A stretch of 64,000 nt of DNA, taken from contig CM106586.1 in the NCBI GenBank assembly GCA_048013815.1, forward strand, positions 2,976,001 through 3,040,000, read 5' to 3'. The stretch comes from Setoptus koraiensis (taxonomy: Eukaryota; Animalia; Arthropoda). The notes beneath the pieces are model-generated. The model saw only the letters and a program-made list of their open reading frames with translations, ran no database searches and was not told where the DNA came from. A program made the position numbers and the translations under genes. Positions 35,797-47,961 of the stretch are shown here, one piece after another. Within the stretch, counting starts at the first letter, position 1. Each line of letters begins with the position of its first letter.

Positions 35797-36993
35797 TCAA
35801 TCATAATTATTGGAAGCAACAAAAGCCAAGGACCATTTGAGATTAGTCAACATAAACTTCAGAGCTTTCGTCCACTGCTCCTCTGAATTGAACTGTGTTC
35901 GTATAGAGAAACTAAATCCATTCTTGATATCCTCTATCCTACCTTTATCCATTTTGTAAGGAAGACAGAAAGCAGAGTCTTCTTTCTCGACTTGTTCTTT
36001 GAATTGCTGCAGGCAATCTAAAAAGGCTACCATCGCTTGATCAAACTTATTGTTCCAGATGAAACGGAATCCTCCGGACCCATAAAGTGGTAATTCTCTT
36101 GATTTATTGTCCAATGCCTCTATGAACGAATGATTGCCATAAGGAACTAGCTTGTATCTAAGAAAAACAAAATTGATTTTCTTGGCTAAGCAATGTAGTA
36201 GTAAGACACATTGTCCCCATGCTGCATTTATCTCATTCCAATCAACAGGAAACTTGGGCAATCTTCCTAATCGAAATCCATTGATGGTCGCAAAGTGACC
36301 AGTGTGCCATATGTGAAACGTTGCGTTCAAAATATTTGTTTTGCGTAACTTAGTCAGATGATTTTGAGCATATCTCATCTGATTTTCAGCACTGAGAACA
36401 TCATCATCCAAGTTAAAAAGACAGTATTTGAGGTGGTTATATTCATTCCAGTATGTTTCATTTTGTTTCTCTATTTTTTCTAGCTCCTTGTGCTGTTCAG
36501 AGATTTGTTCATCGACTTTTTCTTGTTCAATGGTAATCTCTTCCAGTTGCCTAATTAGATCCTTCTCTTCTTGTTGCAATCGTTCAATCTCGCTTGTAAG
36601 AAATTTTATATCACATGATGCATCAGAAGTTAGATTGGGCGATGCTGATTGACTAACTGTTTGCATGAAATCCTTATTTTCTTTACATTCGAGCTCGAGT
36701 TGACAGAGCTGATTATCCATTTGCTCCATAATGAAGTTGGCACATTCTTCACAGAGTGGGTGATCAATGTCTGATTGATCGGATAATATATCAAATAATC
36801 TAGCTAAAACTTTAGGTTGATGATTCTGCTCACCTTTCTCCTCTAATTCTTTGGATTCCTCAACTGAGTAGAAATCAGAACTTCGATCGCATAGTATTTC
36901 TTGGAACGATACAGTGTTCATAGAGCGGAGCGTCGAGTGGACCTTCAACAACTGACTACATCTCTGGCATGTGAGATTTACGCGAGCATCCAT
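35797..36993 (-). CDS. BECN1: Beclin-1 / Atg6
   Basis: N-terminal CQRC, DHPLCEECA, coiled coil, and BARA domain (FHIWHTGHFATINGFRLGRLP..WNEINAAWGQ..NSEEQWTKALKFMLTNLKW). Confidence 0.97.
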   Translation of the reverse strand: MDARVNLTCQRCSQLLKVHSTLRSMNTVSFQEILCDRSSDFYSVEESKELEEKGEQNHQPKVLARLFDILSDQSDIDHPLCEECANFIMEQMDNQLCQLELECKENKDFMQTVSQSASPNLTSDASCDIKFLTSEIERLQQEEKDLIRQLEEITIEQEKVDEQISEQHKELEKIEKQNETYWNEYNHLKYCLFNLDDDVLSAENQMRYAQNHLTKLRKTNILNATFHIWHTGHFATINGFRLGRLPKFPVDWNEINAAWGQCVLLLHCLAKKINFVFLRYKLVPYGNHSFIEALDNKSRELPLYGSGGFRFIWNNKFDQAMVAFLDCLQQFKEQVEKEDSAFCLPYKMDKGRIEDIKNGFSFSIRTQFNSEEQWTKALKFMLTNLKWSLAFVASNNYD

Positions 36994-37389
36994 GGTTGGT
37001 TCTGTATGAGGTGACCTCTTAATTTGAAATGGATAATCATCGATTCATTGTAATAAGTAACAGTGATTCTGGGATCAATTTAAATGGGGTATGGGTGGGA
37101 TAATATATTATGCAATGGTTGCAACATTAATCCATCTGTATAACGCAGTTTTTTGTTTTGGTTTTCATTTTAAATTCTCAAAGTGCATGCGCACAAAAAA
37201 TTTATGGCAAGTATGGCGCGCTGATTCGAAAAGGGTAAAATAGAAAACAGGAATTCTCTTTTACTGTATTTTTTGACCTCTACATCTAATTATTTTTATT
37301 GCTATCTTTCATCTCTATGATTCTGATGATCTCTTAACAGAAAATTGTATATGACGATAATAGTTTTGTTTAATTATTAACCCTTAAAA

Positions 37390-37626
37390 TTACTTTTTAT
37401 TTATTGACTTCAATTCTTTGTTATAATCACTAAGAGCAAATCCTATTCCCACGCCTGAGCCAAGGAACACTGGCCATGTCCTTCGTTTGAATATAGTTAG
37501 TGAAAAGAGGCCTCCCAACGCCAATCCATAGCCTGTTTTAATGATTATATTGTATATGAATCTATCGTGTGCGCTAGAGTATATTTCCTCGCTAGGCACT
37601 TTTACGAGTTTGTGCTGTTCGGCCAT
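37390..37626 (-). CDS. MICOS10: MICOS complex subunit Mic10 (78 aa from the ATG at 37626)
   Basis: Two Gly-rich TM segments (KTGYGLALG, GSGVGIG) separated by the FKRR loop. Confidence 0.9.
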   Translation of the reverse strand: MAEQHKLVKVPSEEIYSSAHDRFIYNIIIKTGYGLALGGLFSLTIFKRRTWPVFLGSGVGIGFALSDYNKELKSINKK

Positions 37627-38127
37627 AGTGATTAGTGAAGGACTAATAAAATGAGGCGACAATCCGTGTTATTTGTATTGTTGTGGTGAGCAAACATTAA
37701 TAAATTATCTGTAATTTGTGGCAATTGAATCGAGAAAGCGAAAATACTTCATTAACAGCACGTTCAGCCGCAAGTCTCGTCTCCACTGGTTTCCAAGATT
37801 TTTGTGCACACTATTTTTCAAACTGGACGCGTCTGTGCGCTAGCATTACATACTTGCTGGTGCTACGACTATACGAGTATACTGTACTAACGCACGCACA
37901 GGCCACTCTCTGTTCAATATATTACATCGGCATTGTTTTTGGTACCAATTACATCGAGATTCAAATATATAGCCTCTATACATCATCACCTGTAACTCTC
38001 ATATAGTATATGTATTCAAAATATAATATAATTATTTTTATTTACCACTAACATTGAAAATTATACCACTAAAGCCAACCAATTGTCGCGGAAAAATTTT
38101 GGAGGAAATACGAAACACTAATGAATC
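37627..38127. promoter_or_regulatory. Probable bidirectional promoter region between divergent MICOS10 and USP48
   Basis: Head-to-head start codons about 0.5 kb apart; inferred from geometry only. Confidence 0.5.
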
Positions 38128-41100
38128 ATGCCTCGTAGCCATAGATGGGATTGGGCAATTGGCTTGGACGTCAAAGATGGAATAAGCGAAGAACATTTGA
38201 ATGCGGCTTATAAATTAAACTGGAACAATTTGTGCAAATTAGACAATTGCAGAAAGAATTGTAAAAAGCAGCTGTGTCTAGCATGCTTTGATCGCAGCTG
38301 GATAGATAACGATAGCTCCGGTTATGACAGTTTTGATACCTCCAGTTGCGATCATAAACGTGACGACCCAAAAACGTTTGTTGGCCTTAAGAACCTAGGT
38401 GCCACTTGCTACGTCAATTGTCTTCTACAACTATGGTTCCATAATCCGGCCCTCAGAAAAGCAATCTATCATTGGAAGCCGCCAGTTTTCGACACTGGTG
38501 ATAAAACAAATGGCGACAATAATTTAAGCGAAAGCTATGAAAATAACACTTCTAAAGATCAACAGCAAGCGTGCTCATCTTTATATCATTCAACTTATCT
38601 TAGTGCAAATAATCCCATTGAGCAATTGCAACTTATATTTGCTAGATTACAATTTACAAACAAACGATCAGTAGATCCTTCCAACTTTATATCAAGTTTA
38701 GCATTGAATGCTAGCGAGCAGCAAGATGCTCAAGAATTCGGAAATCTTTTTATGGAGTTTCTAGAGAAGCAACTCATCAATCAACAAGATGTATTTGTCA
38801 ATAAGATTATTCAGAACCAATATTGCGGCCAATATTCGTATGTCACTCAATGTGATGTTTGCAACAACAAATCCTTATCAGATTCTAAATTCTATGAGCT
38901 GGATCTAAGCATTCAAAATATAGAGAGATTATATGATTGCTTAAACGATTTCTTTCGACCTGTGCCTTTAGATGGCAAATACAATTGCCGATATTGTCAA
39001 AAGGCCCAAAGTGCCCATAGGAAGATTATCCTCAAGACATTGCCACCAACCTTAAATTTACAGCTTCTGAGATTCGTTTATGATGTTCAAAAGAATGCTA
39101 GACAAAAACTCAACTCACATATAATTTTTCCAGAAATTCTAGACATGAGTCCATATTTCCACGATAGTATAGATGCGGTTACTTCAAACTCCGGAGATCA
39201 GGATAATTCAAAAAACAATTCAAAACATATCTACATTCTTACTGCAGTTTTGATACATCGAGGATCAAGTCCTCATTCTGGTCACTACATTGCTCATATC
39301 AAAGATCGATCAACAAAAGATTGGTATAAATTCAATGACGACAGTGTAGAAAGGATAGGACCTCAGTTACAATCTTCCGTTGACGGCGAAAGTATTGTAG
39401 TTGTCGATGAAAAGAAAACTGATGAAAATAAACCCACTCTAAACGGAACTTCTGCTAGTGGAAATGTGATTACTGAATCAAAGAACCTCAAGTCTAAAAC
39501 AGCTTATATGTTGGTCTACCAGGCTCAGGATAATGAAGCATTATTATATCCTAAAGATGATGACGAATCTACTTGGACATTACCCGAGCAACTGCAGACT
39601 ATATTGGCTGAGGAAAACAGTAAAAGCTATGAGTTATTCGAGAGTTTAAAGATAGCAAAGGAGCTGGATAGACAATCAATGGATGCCAGAAGGCATCAAG
39701 TTCTTTCGATTTACAATAGATTGGTATGTCAAACCGTAGCTGATCCATTCGAATTCATCAGTAAGAAGTGGCTCTCACAGTGGATGACCACATCTATTCC
39801 AGATATGAAGTTCCCTCCTATCGATAACACTAATCTTCAGTGTTTACATGATAAGCTTGACTTCACTAAACTTGATCAAGTCAAGTGCGTGAGTCAGGAC
39901 GGTGCCGATAAATTGTACGCTCTTTTCGGGGGCGGACCTCGCCTAAAAGATTCTCTTTGCACCAAGTGTGTCGAGATAGAAGTTGAAAGGATACAACTGA
40001 GAGAGAAGCTCAAAGAAGACCAGAAATTTATAACGAGCCAGTCAAAATACAAAATAGACTGCTTAGATCTCTCCGAAGCCTATCTAGTTGGACGCGATTC
40101 GTACAGAGATTGGCAACGTATGGTCATAGATGCCTTCGACAGGAAGAACCCTTCTGTAACAAATCAAAGCTCGTCAGGTAATGACCAAGGATCCAACGAA
40201 GAAGACAATAGATCTGAATCAGTAGTCGAATGTGACCCCGCCCTGAGAAGTGAGGACGATTGCTGGACATCTTCAGGTTTTAATTCGGAACTGCTCTGTG
40301 AACACAAAAAGTTAACCGCAGAATCGAGTTCATGGAGAATTGTTCCTAAGGATGTCTGGAATATATTTAAAGAACATTTCAAGAATGAACAGCCATTCAT
40401 AGAATTCAAAGCAAATTCAGAGGTGTGTTCCGAATGTAAAAAGAACGAAGTGGCTCAACAAGAGCATGGAGAAGTTAAGAGAGTAGTCGCATTAGAGCAA
40501 AAAATCAAGCTTATAGATTTGTTTCACTTACGCAAGAGGCATTCTTGGGACACGATGTTACCTCATGTCGAGTACCACGCTCTGTATAGACCATTCTTAA
40601 CAAAATGGCAGAAGTTTGTAAGGAATCCGACAAGCAATGATCAGCCGAGTAACATAGAGAATGGAGCAGGTCTTCTATGCGAACACGGAAAATTGTTATA
40701 TTGTGATGCCAATTGCGATCCGTCGTCCTCAGATTGTCCGTTCCTCTTAGTTACGGATCAAGAATGGCATGCAATAAAATCTTACTACTCTGCGGATGCG
40801 GATATATCATTCATAAAAGTGCCTAATCAGGATCAGCCAAAGTGTGAACCAGAAACAAACAAAAATAGCACATTAAATGATGAAAATCATGAGCCTCAGA
40901 AAGAAGATAATAGTGAATCACCTGAGTATGAGATTGAGTGGCGACATTGTATTATAAGTGAACCGGGTTACTGTTCTAAATGTTTCGATACCATGAAAAT
41001 GGAGGAGCTCAAACGCCAGTTAGATTACGAGACTGCTACAATATATGTTACGAAGATTGAAAATTCCCCTGTTTATGGGCCAATGAATCATAGTGAAAAT

Positions 41101-42926
41101 GGGAACGGAAAAGACCCTGATTTGATCATAGCAAATTGCAACAGTGATAATGCTTCTAAGATCGAAAGTCATACAATCAATGGAAATGGTCACAACTCGA
41201 TGAACCTGGACGATGTCGATGATTCAGATGATTTGCCATACAGAAAGAGGAAGAAGATCGATCTAGAGGATGAAGCTCGGGACTTTATACCGTCGACCAA
41301 ATCGTCAATTATACCAGTAGCTTCGCCGACTACTCACCCGAGAAGGAGTTACAGAAGGAATCGACAAAAGGATCAAGCTTTCACTATAAAACCAGATCAG
41401 ACATTACTGCAATTGAAGAAAGATATTTTCACAAGGTGTCAAGTATTGCCTATGGATCAGCGCTTATTTCTCGGTGACACCATACTATCAGACAATACTA
41501 AAACAATGGCTGAGCTCAAGATATTACCCAATTGCGTTTTGAAATTAGAGGTAATAGTTCTTTCCATCAAATACAGTCAAATCTTCAGTTTTCTAAATTG
41601 ACACTTTAAATTTGAGCAACCTTATTCAACCCTCGATATGCTTACTTTAAAAAAAAATCCCTCCTGTAGGTGGACAAGCCAGTTGCGGATAACATTGATC
41701 TCATGGAAGATGACATAACTATCAAGAAATCATGTAAGTACGATCCTCATTTCCCCTCATCTAGTTAGAATTGAAGTGTACATTGTTGCGTATTCAATCC
41801 AAATGTTTGGCCTCATTGAGGAGATCAGATTATGTCAACTTCTCGCAGTTGCAGTTTGTTATTGCCTTAGGTGTATCTCAGTTTGAAGTACACAACTCGA
41901 TCGTTTCCATGACTTTCATTGCAAGATTGCTACTCTTAAAGGATGCACTAATAGGTTGTGATTTATTGCTTATTTCAGCCTCCGTGATCAAGTATGTCAA
42001 TCAAATTAGCGCAATCTCCAGTCAACTAGTCCGTGCGTGACATATGACAACAGGAGTTTGAGTTGGATTAATGGAGACATTAGTCGTTGCATAATAACAA
42101 TCATCATCTGATTCCTTTCATCTCAAATGAGGAACCCCCCAATCCAAGTACCTACTAACCTAGAAAATTTGAACGTAGGGTATCTATTTTGAAGGTCGCA
42201 AATCACTTCTCCCACTGCTTAAATAGAGGAAGCAGCTATTCTTAGGTGCACTTTAGTATGCCTTTAGAGGGATTTTTATTTGTTGCGTCACAAATAGGAC
42301 TATCATCAATTTTAATGTGTTTCTTATTATAATTCTTGACATTTGCTCGTTGACGATACTGAAGCATCAATCAGTCAAGCTGATACTAACAATTCCCATT
42401 CTTTCAATTCATCCTCCTCACTTCCTGGATAATGCTCAACCGATTCAATGATGACAAATGTCACTGTTGGATACACTTAAAACTCCCCTCCTCATTCCAA
42501 AATGGGCAACACGAAAACAATTCATGGTATCACAACATTGTCAACGACGGTGACACCAACAACCACGTCAACGACATCGACCACGACAACAACAACGATG
42601 TGACAATAACGATAACAACCTATCTACAACAACTACGGGCATTTCTACTATGACCAACGCTGCCAACTACGAAATTGTATCGGTTGATTTCACGCATCCT
42701 TGCACCATCTATACACAAAACACAACCGCACTGTCTGTTTGTTCGTTCAACTGAATGAAACAACTAAAATTACCATATTTGTCGCCTTGACATTCATCAT
42801 GGATGATGACGTATCGTAATTATTGTCCATTATCGTCATTGCAAATATGCCAATGATCTCAAAACAGCATCAAGACCAGAAACAGGATTTATCGGCTCTC
42901 TTCTACTGTCCAATACTCACATGTGA
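38128..42926 (+). CDS. USP48: Ubiquitin C-terminal hydrolase 48; join(38128..41550,41670..41733,42868..42926), 1181 aa
   Basis: Cys box GLKNLGATCYVN, His box HSGHYIA..FNDD, DUSP repeats, C-terminal UBL. Both GT-AG introns are phase-consistent. The last exon reads PETGFIGSLL, resembling the USP48 C-terminus PEEGFKGTGL. Confidence 0.92.
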
Positions 42927-45900
42927 TTGAGGAGCCCCGATACAGAAACTACCACCAAAATCCCATCTTAAAAGTAATATTTAACACACACAAACACACA
43001 CTCACACGCACCCAATATGTAACATGTGGTGACAACATTATACAGAAAAGATTGCATCAGATCAGATATCGATATTTTACAACCACTAAATTGAGCATGA
43101 ATATTACCAGCTTGTTTGATAGTCTCTTCTTTATAGGCGCAACCATTGTCTTTCTTGGGCACGCAAGCAAACATTGTAGATGATGGGTTGCAGGTACCAT
43201 CAACGACTCTCTCTATAATTTGATATAGGTTGAGAGAGTAACGCATAAATGAATTATCATCATTCTATGTTTGGACTTTTGCGCCTTTTTTTAAACTTTT
43301 TTACCAAGTAACCTTTCACTCGGGCCCATTTGAAGATTATAGATAATTAATCAAACGGACATAGATGAATTTGTAGTCAATAGGTTCGAGCATGAAGGAT
43401 CATGATCACCATTGAAGAACTGACATGCAGCATCGTGAACCATTCAGCATCTTTTAAGATGGACATTCCAATGTTAACCCCTCCCTTTGGTTCAATAGCT
43501 ACCGTTGCCTCTACCATAATCCCTCACTTATTCTGATGGATGTGCTCTTTAATAGCTTCTTAACATATTATTGCAACAATCTATATATGCGTTGCTTACA
43601 TGCATTCTATCCTTACACAATAGGGACAAGAAACGTTTGTACGAAAAATGGCCAGCAATCGCAGTTTCAACAGTGCAGCCAGATTGGTGGTTTACACAAT
43701 TGTACTTAGGCAATGTGCTTATTATTACCATTACTGTTGTGATATGTTCAGATGGCTTTTTCACGAAACAAAATCCGCAAATTTCCACTTGTCTCTGTTT
43801 GAAACATAGTGAGAGAAACATTCCTATCTATTGAGCAGTAGACAGCTCATTCACTGTGACCTATTATCGGATCTAATTTGAGAATGTGTTTTCGCTTTGT
43901 GGCTGCCATACCTAACAAATAATAATAATAATAATGATTTTTAAAATTCATACTACCACCAATCCAATCCGATAATGATCGATGATGATCAATTGACCGC
44001 CTCCCAGGTATGTGCAATCGTGTTTCTCTAAAACAATCGAAGTTTGCACAAGCACTGGACATAACTTAATGGTCAGCGCCATCAGGTGGCCATGGTGGTG
44101 CTTGAAAATACCGATTTGTTTTTCATTAATCTGTGTAGGTATGCCTCTATTTGTCCATTCGTCTTGCCTTGATATGCGTACACTATTGGATGAATTCTAA
44201 CTATGAGTGCGAAATTGATTGTTTCTCATTGATACCTTTTGGTATACAAACAATATTGTGCGTCCAGCGTGAATTCAGCAGCGATAGTTATGGAGATGAT
44301 ATGTTAACTGAGAATCTAAATTTGAAGCAAATGAGCAAATTTGCGTAAGAGAAAATCTGCATGTCAATGTGTTCATCATGAGTGTGAGTAAATAGTGTGA
44401 ACCAACTTGATTCCAGCCGGCTGCAACAACCACCGCCTGCCGAGTGCCCTATGATGAATAGTCGATACTATTCTCATTCTCATCACGTTAATTGATACCA
44501 ATATTGAGCTGATTTTCGTTCAATCGCTTCAAGCATACAAACCGTTCGAAGCCTCCCGGCTCTCTTGCATAATTAGCCATGGCTCTGCTAGGGACGTTTG
44601 GTGCATGGTGAAATCCAAGATGTTTGTCATGGATTTGTCTGATCATATTGTTACTGGATTGGATGAGCTACGTATTCAGCGAACTGCAGACATGCGACAC
44701 GTATAATTTTCCAATGGGCTAGCTAATATTACACAATCATTGTATTTTACATTGTATCAATTGCTCCATATATTCAAGTTGAGACTGCATCATGCTACAG
44801 TCGACGTTCTACCGTCTTCAAACATGGATACATTTGAGTTAACTTAACTGGCCTAAGTTAACTAAACAAACCTTTTGTGGTAAAACTATACAGTGGTAGT
44901 TGAGCTACTACTGAATGACTGACATCACTGTTACACAAGAGTATAAGTGTCATGCACTAACTACATACATGAGAGCTATTATCGTCACAATTTTATTTTA
45001 GCTTATAACACACACACAGAGGCTGCTTGTTAGGCCCGATCTTGTACAAATGGTGTCATGTCAGCGCAACAGTCTCTCTATCTGTCTCTGTCTCTTTGAA
45101 CGTCAGCGGCGTCACCAGCGATTTCTTGGTGTTGCTGCTAGTTCACTTCAGTTTGGTGGTACTCTTGTTGTTTGGCTGGCATCAAAGAGAAGTTTGCCTA
45201 ACGATTGGAAATTGAGCCAGCAGTAGTTCAAAGTTGTTGTCACCGTAATGATTTGGAATAGCTACCGCTGTTGCAAAAGTTGTCGTCGGAGTAGCAAATC
45301 AATTAACCGCAACAATATTATCATCGTCTTCGGTCAAGCGTTAACAAATATCATGACCACTAGCCGCAACCGCCATCATCATATATGTTGATCTTACACA
45401 TGTGTATGTAGATGTAGATGCACATATATACGTATATGTTTTACGGCCATGCTTCCTTGCATACGCCGAACACTTATATCCACCTGTTAGAGTAGGATGT
45501 AGTTGTAATAGTGGTGGTGCGGTGAGAGAATATATACCGCTTATATATATGTGTCTGTCTGTCTGTGTGTAAGGACAACAATGGGATATTCGACAAACAA
45601 CACACAACTACAATCAACTTGTTTCATGCCCTGCTACCATTACTGTTTCTATAACTACCTCGATTTATCCATCAGGCTGATCGATATTTGTTAAGCCGAT
45701 TGATACCAGTTGTTTGCGAGTTTGGTGGTGGCGCTGGTAGTGAGTGTGTGTGTGTGCGACTTGAATAACTGTTACTGTTGACCATCATTATGCATTCAGC
45801 GACTAGCATGCGACAAGGTAGGTATCTCCGGCAAAGGACACTGAATCTAAGTTTAGTAGATAGCAGTAGATATGGTAGACAGACCGCTGGATTTACTTTT

Positions 45901-46176
45901 TTGTATCTCCTGACGCTTGCTGGAATGATGCGCGATATTTTGAAATCTTATGCGCTATGTGTTGCAATATTCGACCATTAATGAATAGATCATTTGCCAG
46001 ATTTGAAACACAGACACACACACACACTTGAAACTTACTTGTCACGGAGTGTCTGAGTTGAGTAGAAGTCATTTGCATATGGCACAAACTGATACTTTAT
46101 TAGTGTGGTGTTCTACTAGCAAGTTGTGCAGTGGTTTTGTGTTATGTTGCCATCAATTCTAGCCTATTGTGCCTAC

Positions 46177-47961
46177 CTGACCCAGTACTCAGAACGGCGT
46201 TGACATTTGAGTTGTCTAACTTTGTCAACCGATTGATTGGTAACAGAATTGGCCATTGCACAACACATTCTTGGCACTATAGCGTTCTCCAGATGTGTTA
46301 ATGTGTTGGCCAAAAGTCCATTCAGTGTTTCAGTCCAATTCAAATGCAAATGTGCAATGACAGCTGATATAAAGATTACAGACGAGTCAATGTTATAGGT
46401 AGAGTGCCTTGTTTTGACTAATAGGACGGCCAACGGTGAGCTCGGCTCTCCTAATCCCCTGCCTGATGCATCAATCTTATTAGCTAACTGTTGGTGACTT
46501 AGCCAGCTTTGCAGCAGGGCCGGGCAAGATTGATCATCTGCTCGAGCCAGCGAAGTAGTGAACCATTCATCATATTGATGATAATCATCTTTTGGTCAGC
46601 TACAATTACAATATGCTACCGGCACTGACCACTACCAGTGTAAGATTGTTTGTTTGGTAAGGTATAGGTATTTCGATTGGCATGACTTGGCTCGATTGTT
46701 GCCTGATTGACAGCTAGAACAGATTGACTCGTTAGTATGACCTGGCTGTGTGTGAGCTAGAGTGATGAAGACCAAATTATTCACGCTTCTCGTCGATGGG
46801 CACTCTCATAACACCATAGAGATTACTAGAGCATTACTAGCACACACTCGTAGCTGATCCTACTCATGGTCAGCTTATCTCTAACGCGATTGGGCCACTT
46901 GTCTTCATATTGCTCGTCAGTGCAGTTGTTGTAAGTGGCATCGTGGTCGTCGTCAATCTGTACATAAACAACTAAACAGTCAATCTCTTATTTAAATCTT
47001 CATTCAGCAATGGCTCGTTTGTTGTTTATGATCGATGGTTGTTGTTTGGGGGGACTTATTGGCACACACCAACAGTGCTAGCAACATTACATCATATGCA
47101 GCGACAATTGGCTGGCCATTTGGTTCTTTTTACTGACACTCGGACGCACACACACGGACACATAAAAATGGCATATAAACTTCATATTACGGAGTGATGG
47201 TGTGTAAAAAACATTGTACATTCGTGGAATTGTGCCAAATGATAATTTAAACCAATCCAATTCGATTCGTCCGTCGATGGTATTAATATAATCTCTCGTC
47301 CTGTTATGACTCCATTCTCTTGCAAGCCGATGTGTATTCCAGCTCCGTGTTACGATGATCCCTGGCGAGCGGTCAAGTGACAAAACAACGCTGCACGCCG
47401 ACGCTGTCACATTTACAGTAATGATTGCAATAGTAACAGTAAATATATTAATGATTAATAAAACTTCAATGATTAATAACTGCAATTCATTCTTTCATTA
47501 TTATTTTAATTACGACAGCAATTAATCAACGAAAAAATATAGAAACTATAGATTGTTTGCGTATATTGGCGGTTGTTGTGTCGGCCCCCTCGCCTTCAGC
47601 AAACTGATTGGTTGATGGAAATTAGCGCGCCAATTCAAACGCGCATAACTTGTCACTTGCGGGAATGAATGGCCAGAATTGAATTCTTACCAAGGCTTCC
47701 TCTCACAAGAAAAAGATTGTCGGAGACAATGCTCATCGGCTACCTGTCGAACCGTTGTTGGTAGTCAATCCAACAGCAACGATGTAGCGAGAATCGATTC
47801 TCGGAGCTCAGCAGTTGATCGGATGAATATACAAATGGGCCAAAGTCCGAGCCATACAGTAGAGCCAGACAAACATTGTGCTATTGCGGATAATGGATAG
47901 ATGAAATAGGCGTGACCTATGCGCAATAGGAATGTTCTTCTCATCGCCTCATCGAAGCCAT
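46177..47961 (-). other. Candidate cryptic multi-exon gene: open exon-like segments 47961-47765, 47403-47191, 46971-46864 and 46363-46177
   Basis: Protein-like open frames, mostly flanked by AG/GT, the last three joinable in phase; no homology recognised. Confidence 0.25.

Noticed and set aside
35200-35850. Short ORFs between UBE2G2 and BECN1
   Set aside because: Fragmentary, no recognisable product, and partly overlapping the expected BECN1 3' end.
41765-45330. Stop-codon reassignment (TGA read as Trp/Sec) suggested by TGA-rich interrupted frames
   Set aside because: Bona fide genes here terminate with TGA (TRMT5, UBE2G2, BECN1, USP48, rn), TAA and TAG. The interrupted frames also contain TAA/TAG, and no SECIS was recognised.
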